Below, in pieces: positions 37,918 to 49,475 of a stretch of DNA of 64,000 nt. Numbering within the stretch: position 1 is the stretch's first letter; every line of letters starts with the position of its first letter. The stretch is from Lama glama. Its lineage: Eukaryota. The DNA lies in assembly GCA_028534125.1 (NCBI GenBank), contig CM052818.1, positions 25,608,001 through 25,672,000 on the forward strand, written 5' to 3'. The notes beneath the pieces were generated by a model. The model was not told the origin of the DNA. It saw nothing but the letters and a program-made list of their open reading frames with translations, and ran no database searches. Made by a program: the position numbers and the translations under genes.

Positions 37918-39678
37918 TCAGTTTTCTTTAGCTATTTGTTCAAGGGCTATGTGAGTCCTAAACTGTAATCGGGCTTCCATGGAATAGTCTTTGTAGTTTT
38001 TTATGTTTTCTAGGTTTTTTATTGCACTGGCATAATCTCCTCTTAGATAGTATAGAATTCCCAGTTCATAGTAAGAATATGGCACCAAATAGTGGTCATA
38101 TTTTAACAATTTCTCCTTTTGAATGACATGATTAAAGTAGTGCTCAGCCATTAAATACTTGCTTAAGTATTTCAGGCACAGACCTTTCAGTAAATTTAAC
38201 AAGCTTATGTCATCTATCCCATACTCTTCATTCGGACTTTCTTGTAAAAGCTGTTCTCCTTTGTCAATTATTGATAGCCAGGCTGAAATAAGGTCTCGTC
38301 TTTTGCTCATGACTCGGAAACCACTCCAGCCATAAATGAATTCCAGAATGGGCTGTGCTGTAAACCAGCCTGCAGTAGTGCCGTATCGCTGACCCTTCTC
38401 GGCAACAAACTTTTCTATTGGCATAGAAGTTCCTAAAATTTTGATTCTCAGGTTATCCACGTTTAAGAAGAGAGAATTCATGTCCTCACTTACCGATTTC
38501 GCAAAATCCAAAGGAAGCACGGCCAGTAGTGAAGCTTTAGAGTATGAATACACTGCCTTGGACCACCTGCTGTTTTGAAACAGTTGGTTGGCATAGTGGT
38601 AAGCCTGCTTCCAATCCAGCAGAAAAATGTGGCACCACATGAGTTCCCAGTAGCAGAGGTGATGAATCTGCTTCCATTCATTCTGAATAAAAACGCACTC
38701 CTCTAATGTTAACTGTGCATGTTTAAAATTTCCTTTCAGCATGCTAAAACGTGCATGAAAAAATTGAAGTATGACACAGTTTGGAAATTTCTGGAGGTAG
38801 ATTAGGGAGAGATTCTCCATGGCAGAACTGACGCTCTTTTCAACACCAAAAGCAACAGAGATATAATTGTAATAAAAGAGTAGAGTCAAAACACTTAATG
38901 TATTATTTATGTGAGATTCAGATGCACTCTCATGAAGCAAAGTCAAGCCTGCATCTCTATCACCAAAATATCCAATAACATTGAGTAGTTTAAGTGTCTT
39001 TGGCGGCACAAGTGATAGTATCAAATTGAATGCTCCAAGTCCAAATTTTACTCCTCCAACCAGGTGTCTGTAGGTTTTGCTTTGGTAATTAGGTATCTGT
39101 CTTATTACTTGTTGACAATCTTTGTATATTTGGTAACTTAACCCAATACTGATCCCGCTTTTGAGAAAACTAAGCACACTGTCATCCTGTATAAACATTA
39201 CAGTGGATTTCAAGATCAAACACTCAGCATAGCAGACTTCTGCATGCAATTCCTCTTCTTTGATAGCCTTTATTCCATGTTTATTCACTAGACGAGAAAA
39301 ACTCATCATCCTAGATTTTCTTCGGAAACTGTTACAGGTTCTCAAAGCTTCCTTTGCGGCAATCATCCCAATCTCTATATCCTGTGGATCAAAAGTCAAG
39401 ATGGCCTTGACAACCATAAGGATACCATAAATTAGAGCATGGTATATGCTGTTCTTTGACCATGGATAAATGAGACTTATGGCATCTGAGAATCTGTTAT
39501 TTAGAAATAGATACAATCCAGTTGTGCATTCTTCCAGGGAAGATAGTAGGTCCATTGTTGTTGCCGCAGGGATAGTTTCATAGGCGTCTTCAAACACGTC
39601 CTCATCATTTTCTCCCTTTCTAAATGATGTAAAGCCATCCTCCTTATCATTCCCTCTTTTACTTAGAGTAACTGACAT
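37918..39678 (-). CDS. TTC39D: Tetratricopeptide repeat protein 39D (TTC39B-like), intronless CDS, 586 aa
   Basis: Uninterrupted ORF with TTC39/IML2-family motifs (ELHAEVCYAECL, GGVKFGLGAFNL, HHLCYWELMW, EKLLKYDHYLVP, YKDYSMEARLQFR); lies between GEMIN6 and SRSF7, as I recall mouse Ttc39d does. Confidence 0.88.
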   Translation of the reverse strand: MSVTLSKRGNDKEDGFTSFRKGENDEDVFEDAYETIPAATTMDLLSSLEECTTGLYLFLNNRFSDAISLIYPWSKNSIYHALIYGILMVVKAILTFDPQDIEIGMIAAKEALRTCNSFRRKSRMMSFSRLVNKHGIKAIKEEELHAEVCYAECLILKSTVMFIQDDSVLSFLKSGISIGLSYQIYKDCQQVIRQIPNYQSKTYRHLVGGVKFGLGAFNLILSLVPPKTLKLLNVIGYFGDRDAGLTLLHESASESHINNTLSVLTLLFYYNYISVAFGVEKSVSSAMENLSLIYLQKFPNCVILQFFHARFSMLKGNFKHAQLTLEECVFIQNEWKQIHHLCYWELMWCHIFLLDWKQAYHYANQLFQNSRWSKAVYSYSKASLLAVLPLDFAKSVSEDMNSLFLNVDNLRIKILGTSMPIEKFVAEKGQRYGTTAGWFTAQPILEFIYGWSGFRVMSKRRDLISAWLSIIDKGEQLLQESPNEEYGIDDISLLNLLKGLCLKYLSKYLMAEHYFNHVIQKEKLLKYDHYLVPYSYYELGILYYLRGDYASAIKNLENIKNYKDYSMEARLQFRTHIALEQIAKEN

Positions 39679-40269
39679 ATTTGTTTCCCCACTTTAGAGA
39701 TGGGAAATATCTGAAGTGGAGTGATGTGGCTACAACGAGGTCAGCTCCTGCTCTCCTGACTGGGGTCACTTCTTCCACGGCTGTTGCTGTTACAATGAAG
39801 GCAAATAAACTAATAGCTGTGAGGTGCAGCATGGAGATATTCTCATCTATGTCAGACAAAGGGGAAGAAAGATAATTTTATTTACCCAGATGTATTTTGG
39901 AAAAGTTCAAATCATTTGGAATGTACTAAAGAAAACATGCTCTTTTAAGATACTGTGAAGCAAATCCTTTGTAAACCAAGGAGTTCTTTTGTAACCATCC
40001 CTCCAATCTATCATTTTCAAAAGATCAATTTTTTGTGTGTTTGTGTTGCAGAACTGTACTATGATAGCTGTACAGAGAAAATGAATTCTCTATAGGGAGG
40101 CCTTGGGGGCAAGAATCTGGCTGCAAAGAAGAATGTATTTGCGCAGGTCTTTAGTTAAGACTGAGGAAGGAGTAAATTGTCTAGACCAAAGAATAAAGAT
40201 TATGGGAATGAAAAATCCATCCCATGCCATTAGTGCCACTGCTACACTTGCATATATTTTCATAGAAAA

Positions 40270-41560
40270 CTAGGTATAGTTGATGTACAATATTATATGT
40301 TACAAGTATACAATATAGTGATTCACAGTTTTTAAAGGTTATACTCCATTTATAGTTATTATAAAATACTGGCTATATTCCCCATGTTGTACAATACGTC
40401 CTTATACTTATATCCCTTATACCCCTTATACTTGATAGTTTGTATCTCTTAATCCTCCACCTCCATCTTGTCCCTCCCCTATCCCCTCCCCACTGGTAAC
40501 CACTAGTTCCTTCTCTACATCTGTGAGTCTGTTTCTTTTCTGTTATATTCAATAGTTTGTTATATTTTTTCAGATTCCACATGTGATATCTTACAGTATT
40601 TGTCTTTCTCTGTCTGACTTATTTCACTTAGAATAATGCCCTCCAAGTCCATCCATACTATACACCAGAAACTAACACAACATTTTAAATCAACTGTACT
40701 TCAATTAAAAAGCAAACAAACAAACAACCCATTTAAAATATGGGCAGAAGAACTCAACAGACATTTTTCCAAAAAAGGAAATGCAGATGGCCAACGGAAC
40801 ATGAAAAGCTGCTCAACATCACCAATATCAGGGAAATGCAAATAAAAATCACAAAGAGACACCAACTCACACCTGTCAGAATGGACATCATCAAAAAGAA
40901 CACAAATAACAAGTGTTGGAAAGGATGTAGAGAAAAGCGAATCCTTGCACACTGTCAGTGGGAATGTAAATTGGTGCAACCACCATGGAAAACAATATGG
41001 AGGTGTCTCAAAAACCCAAAAACAGAACCACTATATGGCCCAGCAATTCCACTCCTGGGCATACATCCAAGAAAAACAAAAACATTAATTCAAAAAGATA
41101 CATACAGCCCACTATTAACAGCAGCATTATTTATAATTGCCAAGACATGGACGCTTCCTAAGTGCATATCAATAGATGAATAGATAAAGAAGATGTAGCA
41201 TATATACACAATGGAATACAACTCACCCATAAAAAAGAAGGATATTTTGCCATTTGTGGCCCTTCATTCACTTTTTTTTTTTTGCACTTCAAACACCAGG
41301 ATTTTATAACTGGCATAAACATTTCCATTGCATCAAAAACAAACAAACAAAAAAAAACAACCCACCCAGAAATAACCTTAGCCAAGGAGGTTACCTATAC
41401 TCTGAAAACTGTAAAATGTTGATGAAGGAAACTGATGATACAAAGAAATGGAAACATACCTTGTGCTCTTGGATTGGAATAATCAACATTATCAAAATGT
41501 CTGTACTACCCAAAGCAACTTACAGTTCCCATGCAACCCCTGTCAAAATACTCATGACAT
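40270..41560. mobile_element. Composite inverted LINE-1 insertion
   Basis: Antisense L1 3' end (about 40270-40656) followed by sense ORF2 pieces; flanked by ttttcatagaaaa at 40257-40269 and 41561-41573. Confidence 0.8.
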
Positions 41561-44059
41561 TTTTCATAGAAAAAACAAGTTACTTTTAGGGATGCAGTGT
41601 GGTGCAAAAGAAAGCTCTATGGACTGTGAGAATCCGAGGTTCAGATTTGGACTCTAAATAGCTATATAACCTTGGGAAAATCACATGTAAATATTGATTG
41701 AGCAACAACCATGTGAAGCTGCTGAAATACTTTCTTAGCAGAATTCATTAGTTCTACAAATATTACTGAGAGCCCAGTACTGTATAGGTCAAGCACGAGG
41801 CCAGGCAGCAGGAAGGTATCCGTGAGTAAAACAAAGTCCCTGCCCTTGTGGGTCTTACCATGTGAAGGACTTTCACAGAATAAATGAAGAGGTCGGAGGT
41901 GAGAAAAGCTAGAAGGAAAATAGAGTGGAGTAAAAGGTATAGAGAGTGTGGGAGAAGGGCATGTTATAATGTTGAACCATTATTATAAAAGTACTGTATT
42001 TGTTTAGAAAACCACAAAACATTCAAACAATACATAAGACTACACTGTGCAGTTACACAATGAAAGCTCCTCTATCTTCAACCAAACCCCACTTCCCAGA
42101 GGCAACTACAGTTAATAGTTTGGTAGTATATATATTAATACTAGATTCTCCCTATATTAACTGTCCTGTTTAATTCCCTCATTGCTACTTCCACTTAAAA
42201 TGTTTATACTTATTTATATTTCAGTTTACATTCAATTTTTTTACAAGCAATACAGATCAAAACAGAAAAAATTTAAAAAGAAACAAAACTCATGTAAACT
42301 ACACTCATAATACCACCCATCCACAGATAGCATCATTAAATTCTCCATTTTCTTCTGAGAAATCTTGAGCCTAGAATGACAAATATAGTCACATGCTCTA
42401 ATTAACACAGCTACTAAACAGTGATTCTCAGTTCAAACTTGGAATTCCTGTCTCCAAGCCTCCCACTTAAAAAAATATTATAGTAAGTTGTAAAATACAG
42501 AAAAACAAAACAAGAAAACTTACTCATTAATATGATTTATTTTTATAAAATCAGAATCTTTCTGTGAATGCAAATCATTTTGACATCTGCTTTTCTTACT
42601 TAACTACATACCGTTAACATTTTTCTGACATTGAAGTCTTATACCACGTGGTTTTTAATGGCTATAATATATGTAACCAACTCATGTGCCATAACATTTA
42701 GCCATTCCCTTTATGTTTAATTTTCAAACTATTTCCAATTTTTGATATTATAAATAAGATCCTACCAACATTTCTGCATATAAATCTTTATGCATAACGA
42801 TGAATAATTCCTAGAATAAATTCCAGGAAGTAAGACTGATGAGGCAAAACAGACATACAATTTAAAACACTTCCAAATTGACCACCTCAAATGTATTATT
42901 TCACATTCTCATTAATGTGTGTAAGTGCCAATTTCACCGCACTCCCGACAGAAATAGCATGTTGTTTTAATTTGTATTTTCAGTAAGGACATAATTTTTT
43001 TTCTTTTCTTAACTGTCTTTTTTTCTCTATTTTTTTATGGGTTAAAAATCACACTTTGTTATTTACTAGAGATTCTAGACTCTTGAATTTGGGGTATTAG
43101 ATAGATCTGAAAAAAATTGGGGAATGGAGGGGACAGACTTTTTTCCATCAAGAAAACATGAGATTAAAAAGAAATATTATTAGCATCTTTTCCTTTAAAA
43201 AATGAGAGGATTTTAACAGGAAAATTTTAACAGGAAAAAAATTTTAACAGGAAAAAAAGACATATTCACAGAATAAAAGATGGTTCTTCCCAAGTAACAG
43301 TGGTTGGCAATAGTTCATATTTTTCTGAGACTGGAGAAATTTTCATCAAAGTTCCAACTGACAGTCCTTGTAGCAGGATCTGGGAACAACTGCATTCATC
43401 ATGCTGCAATTTTAGGTCTTACTCTCACTTGAAAAATGAGGTGGTTAGACTAGTGACCTAACAAAATTCCTCCTGTCTCTGAATTTTAAGCTATTTCTTT
43501 TATATGCAGTCTACTTGATAATCTATTTGAGAGTTGTAGTATATGCATACATTTGTCATAGGCTTTGAAGTAGATTTCATTCCCTTTTTTTTTAAGGTGT
43601 GCCTAATCTTATAGAAATTAGCTTCCAAGACTAAACTTTGTAATAAAAAGTGACAATTTCCACATTGCTCATGAACACACATCTCCCCATTCCACAGGCA
43701 AATATCTTTGCATAGTGCCCTTAAGAAAAGTTTCAGCATTTGATTTAGGGGTTCCTAGGGATTTACTTTCATGAAGAAAATTTCTTTTTCTGAGTTTTTG
43801 TCTCTTACATGCCAGATTGTTTTTCTCTGTGTGGATTGGGTAAAAGAAAAGTTACAACGTCCCATATTGAAGTCATTTGTGAAGAGACAAAGGTATCTTA
43901 GGAGTGTTTTAGGCGTGGCCACTTAAGGATGGTCACCACCATGTTCCAGAATCTGGTCTGCAGCTTTGCAGAAACTTCAGTTTTGTCAACACGCCTGGAT
44001 CATATCAGATTTTTAGCAACTGACAAAGGTTAGTCAAACCACTGCTACTAGTCCTTATC

Positions 44060-44330
44060 CTATTATAACAGTTAACATGCACTAAACACTCACTGTGTGC
44101 TAGATACTGTGCCATGTTACATACTTGGTTTACTTCATCTAATCCTAACAACAACTCCTCGGGATGGGTACTGTTATTAAACCCCATTTTGCACATAAGG
44201 AAGCTGAAGTACCAGGAGATTAAAAATTTGGCCAAGGGTAGGCAGCTATTCAATAGTGGAGCCGAGCTTCAATCCCAACTCTGTCACACTTCATGAGCTT
44301 ATGCTTAATCATTACACTATACCATCTCTC
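44060..44330 (-). mobile_element. MIR SINE
   Basis: Core ccccattttgcacataaggaagctgaag...ttggccaagggt. Confidence 0.7.
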
Positions 44331-47249
44331 CTAAAAAAAGGATTTACGAACTAAAATTATCTTAATTTTTACAGAAGACATTCATTTCCAGAGACTAGTA
44401 GATCGGTGTCAAAAATGTCAAACAAAACAAAGTCAATGGTCTTGTGCAGTATTTCTCTAAGTATAGCTGAGAGGTGGTTAATAATACAGGTTCGCTCCTT
44501 CCAAGACAGTGCTAAGTGCTAAACTCGAAGTCTAAGCTAGTCTAACTCTCTATAATTAAGACACCAAGCTGACCAACTCCCTTTCATTAATATTCTTCCT
44601 AAACAACACAATTGGTTAGTTTAGGGCTTGATGATTTTACAGTTTCACACTTTTTAAATACAATCAGGCATTCCTCAGAAAGTCTCACTCTTCCTGGATT
44701 GCTTTATACTCCTAAACCACCCATTTAGGTAATATTTGTATCAGTGGGCACTCTTGCATCACATTTTACTCTTCCCAGTTTTACTCTTTGAAATTGGTCA
44801 AAATACTGGTATTCTTTAACTTCTGTTCTCCTCTCAGTCCTATATACTTCAGTACTGATTGCAGTCCAGTACTTTGCTAATGAGAAGTTTATTTCTTTAA
44901 TACAATATGAAAGAATTATAAACATGCCCCTAAGAGTTTCTCCTTCCCAGAACTTAACAGCAGTCTAGAGCGAATAGAAGATTATGAAATGTTGAAAAAT
45001 GAAAGCTGTGGTTGACCATAGTTGTTTGGATTGACCTATGGTACAAACATACACAGCACATACTTAAATACATAGTAAAGGATTAGTGTTTGTAATGTTA
45101 TTCTAACATAAAGACTACTTTTTATATTAAAAACTGATACATGTACAAAAGGTCTAAACTTGTTTTTCCTGTTGTAAAGTTTTCATGTTCAAGCTAAAAT
45201 GGTGACAATGACTTAAAAGTGAAACTAGAATGGAGAACAAAGTAAGATAAAAAGTGAATTTTTCTTTAATGCTTCTCTGGAAATACTGAATCTAGGAAAT
45301 GCAGATAAATTTTGAAATCTGCAGTAGGATTAGGAATTACCTCCCCTTCATAAACTAATAATATTATCAATATTTAACAACAGTAACATAAGAATTATTC
45401 AATAGGTCATAATAGGAAATATTAGAATATTTGTTGAATTGAATTAAGTAACTTTCATATTCAAATTGAACCTGGGAATGAGATTGTAATTTAACATAGA
45501 ATCCTAGAGGCAGAAATTTATATAGGTGAAGCTGATTTCAAAAGAATCAGCAGGAATAAAAGAACTCTATAAAATAAGTTTCTCTGATTTGGATTTGACA
45601 TTTAGTGAAAAAGAGTTGGTTACATGTTCTTAAAGAAACAGGGTTCAGTATAACAGTGTACAAAAGTAGTATACAGTACTATTTTTTTTTTAATGGCAAC
45701 TAGGTTAGCAAAGCTCAGCCTAGAATTGGCCGTCCTTTAATAGACATAAAGAATACTTAGCTACAGAGGCAGGCAAGCCACTCTGGGTTTACCCCTTTTC
45801 CTTTAATGTGCTTGAAAGCAGTTTGTTATAAGTTGGACAACTGCTTCTCTTCATTATTGTTTACACTACTATTTGCTTAGAAATTCTCTTTTGTACAATT
45901 GACTTTGTATTCAGAGCCAAAAAATATTTATTGAGGCCTATAAAGAGCTATGCAGTACAATAATTACTATCTTTCAATTAAGTTACCTATGCTTTGTCCA
46001 ACAGTAGTTTTCATAAATTCTTAACAGGAGAAAGTTAAATTAATGAGGTTTTACAGTATTGATATTGTTTCTATATAAAAATATATAAAGGCATGCATAA
46101 AAGATCTTTATTGTTTAATCCTTTTGAGAAGAACCTTATTAGTAGATAACAAAAAATCAATAAGGGAGAATGAATATAACAAACTGTATACAACTATTTT
46201 CTTGCTAGAGATTTTCTTGAGATAGACAAATTCCTCTCACAATTTGAAAACTAAAAAAAATATATAAATTTGTAGCATTACTCCGAAAGAATCCATACTT
46301 TATTCATCTGAATAAAGGCTTATTTACCTAAGCCTCCTTTCCCCTATACTATGTATCCTACACCTATACATACCAAGTGAAGTTACAACAGATGAAAAAA
46401 ATAAAAATGCAGATATCTAAGAATTTCCTCTTTTATGTGGAACAGTTCCAACTCATGTATTCCAAGTATTTTTAGTGTAATTTTTTTATTAATAAATGGT
46501 AAAAAAAAAAAGAAGTCAAATCTCTATTTACAGAGTTGGTTTCTGGTAAATGCATTGTATAAAATCGAAACTGAATTTTCAGCGATTCTAACATAAAGAT
46601 GGATTTTCTTCTATTTGATGTATAGAGTGGCTGAGCAGCAAGGCTGCTACTCAGAGACGACTTAAAGTCCCAGTCCTCAGAATCTTAGTATTAGTGGATG
46701 AGATGTGGTACTGCAACATAAAGCAGAAAGCACTGGAAAGGAAGCACAAATATTACTTTGTGCTTCAAATGCAAATAATTTCAAGATGATTTAAGGATTT
46801 AGGATTTTGTCACAATTCCAGTATGGGGGGGGAGGGGGGAGTCTATTCCTTTGTTTCCCGGACTCCAAGAACTCGGACCCTGTTGGTGAATATTGGTGGC
46901 TGGCCCTGAGGGGGCTGGAAGGTCCGTGCAGGGCGGGTTGTCCCTAGGGGCGTCACACCTTTTTGAAGCTTCTGTTGCAGAGAGCACTACTCAGAACGGC
47001 GGGGTTCATGGAATTCTCACCCTGGCCAAGCTCCCGATTACCTCTGACGAGCCCCAAAGATCAATGAGTAGCAGTCTACGCCAGGTCCCCCAGGAGAAAG
47101 GCGGCGACGGCTGCAACATCAGCGGTTAAATTTTACAGCCTTTCATAAGGCCGGTCTAGTGCACCTGTAGGAAGATTACCAGAGCTGAGGGTCCCCAGAT
47201 TGGGGAGAATGAAAGGGAGGAGGGAGAAGGGAAGGAAAATGAGGAAGGT

Positions 47250-48420
47250 ACAGGGAAAGTGGGGAGGAGAGGGGGCGGGACACCACAGGGAAGGCAACGG
47301 GTTTACCGGGGAAATCGTGGCGTTCCCATGGAAACGTATCCCTCCGCTTCTGCTCCGCGTCTTAGCCTCTTTAGTTCCCTCCGCGCCGCTTCTCCGCTGT
47401 TTCCGCCCAGCTCCTTTGTGCCGCGCAGAACGTCGAGGTGACGCATGCGCAATGAAACCCAGCCGCCGCATATATAAGCGCGGACCCAGGCTCTTCCTTG
47501 TAGTGCCGCTGGGATCGTTGGCGTGTGGCGGTGTTGCAGGTTTTGTATTCGTCGCTCTTTGGGCGCTGCGAGCTGAAACAGCGGAGCTCGCGGGCCAGTC
47601 ATCATGTCGCGTTACGGGCGGTACGGAGGAGGTAAGTGGCTGGGCCTAGTGAGGAACGTTGCTGTGGGTGTAGTGAGTATTTAGAGGCCGTGGGGTTGGC
47701 GCGGCGGTTGGGAGACGGTTATTCCGCGTGCGTAATGGCGGCTTCGGCGCACACCATACGAAGCCGGAGGCGGCGGGGGCGGGGTAGCGAAGGAAGCCTG
47801 GGGATGGCGGGGGTAGGTCTGTGCCGGGGCTTATACCAGTTCTTGGGCTTTTTGGTCTCTCGCCCAGCCCGAGCCAGGCCCTCGATCACTATTTTGCTTT
47901 TGCCCTTCCTCGAGCCGCCCGCCCGTCCCCCACACTCCCCCCGCCCTCGGCTGCCATTTTGCGCACATTGACGACCATGGTGGCGCATTTCCTTGGCGCT
48001 TTCCCGCCACTTTGTCGGACAGATGTGGTCGCAGCCGTAAAAACAGGGGTGAATATAAGACTGGACAAAACTGTGGCAGCCTCGAGCTGTGCATTCTCGT
48101 CAGTTGGTCGAATTGCGGAGTGGGAATGGAGACATGATCTTTTCGTCTGGCGGCTGGTTTCTTTTCTCTTTTAGCTCTTTCGAGCGAGGTTTATGGCTCT
48201 GGGGCGGGGAGCTGGAGTCATGGGCGAGCCTGCGCCTGGGGCGGTTGCCGTGGAGGACGAGAGCCGGCGCAGCCCCGTTCTCCCGGTCCGGCACCCGCCG
48301 GGGCCCGCCCGCCGCCGACGCTGCTGCTGCCGCTGCCGCCGGCCCGCGCGCTCCCAGCGCGCCCGGGGCTGCCGGGACTCGGGGGCGGGGCCGGGGCGGA
48401 GCCCGCCTCACGCCTCGGAA
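47250..48420 (+). promoter_or_regulatory. SRSF7 CpG island promoter
   Basis: High CpG density; TATATAA 47471-47477; TGACGCATGCGC (half-CRE overlapping an NRF1-like site) near 47439-47450; RFX X-box GTTCCCATGGAAAC 47322-47335; YY1-like GCCATTTT in intron 1. Confidence 0.9.
47604..47631 (+). CDS. SRSF7: SRSF7 exon 1 coding part
   Basis: ATG; MSRYGRYGG; g|gtaagt donor. The eight exons sum to 717 bp = 238 aa plus stop. Confidence 0.97.
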
Positions 48421-48669
48421 TATCCTACCATGCAGCTGCCCTTGTGTTTTGAGGTTCCCCACCTTATTTGAATGTTAAAAATTTTGACGTACGCCTAGCT
48501 TTTCAGAAATGTACGGACCTACTTGCCGGTTTTAAGACTAAATTCAGTCCTTGATAGAGCATTAAATGTGCCTTGCACGGTTTTAAGAATAGCCTCTTTT
48601 ACGGCAAAAAATTCAAATTTAAGCCAGATTTTGCATAACATGCATTTTTCTATTTGCATTTTTAAACAG

Positions 48670-48850
48670 AAACCAAGGTGTATGTCGGTAACCTGGGAAC
48701 TGGTGCTGGCAAAGGAGAGTTAGAAAGGGCTTTCAGTTATTATGGCCCCTTAAGAACTGTGTGGATTGCGAGAAATCCTCCAGGATTTGCCTTTGTGGAA
48801 TTTGAAGATCCTAGAGATGCAGAAGATGCAGTGCGAGGCCTGGATGGCAA
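48670..48850 (+). CDS. SRSF7: SRSF7 exon 2 (RRM)
   Basis: [64 protein letters not shown] bounded. Confidence 0.97.
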
Positions 48851-49112
48851 GTAAGTAAGGTGTCAGTTATGAAACTTAAATGTTGATGAGACTATTCCTG
48901 TCCTAAGCTAGGATTCTGTAGTCTGGAGGAAATTTTAGATAAATACCTAATCATTCTATTAAGACAGGAAGGGGGAGCAAAGGTGGAAATTAAAGGGCTT
49001 AGAAACATAGCTGAAGCTTGTGAGGGCAAAGGAGGAGTGGTTGTAAAGTCCCAAATCTGGAAGTCACATGAGTGGTTTTTTTTTAGCATTAGAATTTTGT
49101 TTTCTTTTATAG

Positions 49113-49289
49113 AGTGATTTGTGGTTCCCGAGTGAGAGTTGAACTATCAACAGGCATGCCTCGGAGATCTCGTTTTGATAGACCACCTGCCCGCCGTCCC
49201 TTTGATCCCAATGATAGATGCTATGAGTGTGGCGAAAAGGGACATTATGCTTATGATTGTCATCGCTATAGCCGACGAAGGAGAAGCAG
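49113..49289 (+). CDS. SRSF7: SRSF7 exon 3 (end of RRM, CCHC zinc knuckle)
   Basis: [14 protein letters not shown]...[14 protein letters not shown]; the zinc knuckle distinguishes SRSF7 from SRSF3. Confidence 0.97.
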
Positions 49290-49475
49290 GTATTTATTTT
49301 AATAAAGGAACGGTTGGTGTAATAGTTAATCGAGTTAATTCTTTTATTACCAAGGCAGAAATTAGTATTTTTTTTCTATAAACTTGAATGTTAATTGTAC
49401 AGGTGTATTTTACAATTTTTGTTTAATTAAATAAATGTTAATATATTAATAATCAACCTGGTCAAAACCTTTCAG

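Noticed and set aside
39710..39745. uORF segment DLVVATSLHF resembling a TTC39B stretch I recall as DMATSSLHF
   Set aside because: Short, from memory only, and in the wrong order relative to the CDS for a retrocopy; probably coincidence.
43210..43258. Three copies of attttaacaggaaa
   Set aside because: A simple slippage repeat in AT-rich intergenic DNA, with no sign of function.
47133..48478. Many overlapping 80-150 aa ORFs on both strands
   Set aside because: Expected from stop-codon scarcity in the SRSF7 CpG island; no recognisable products.
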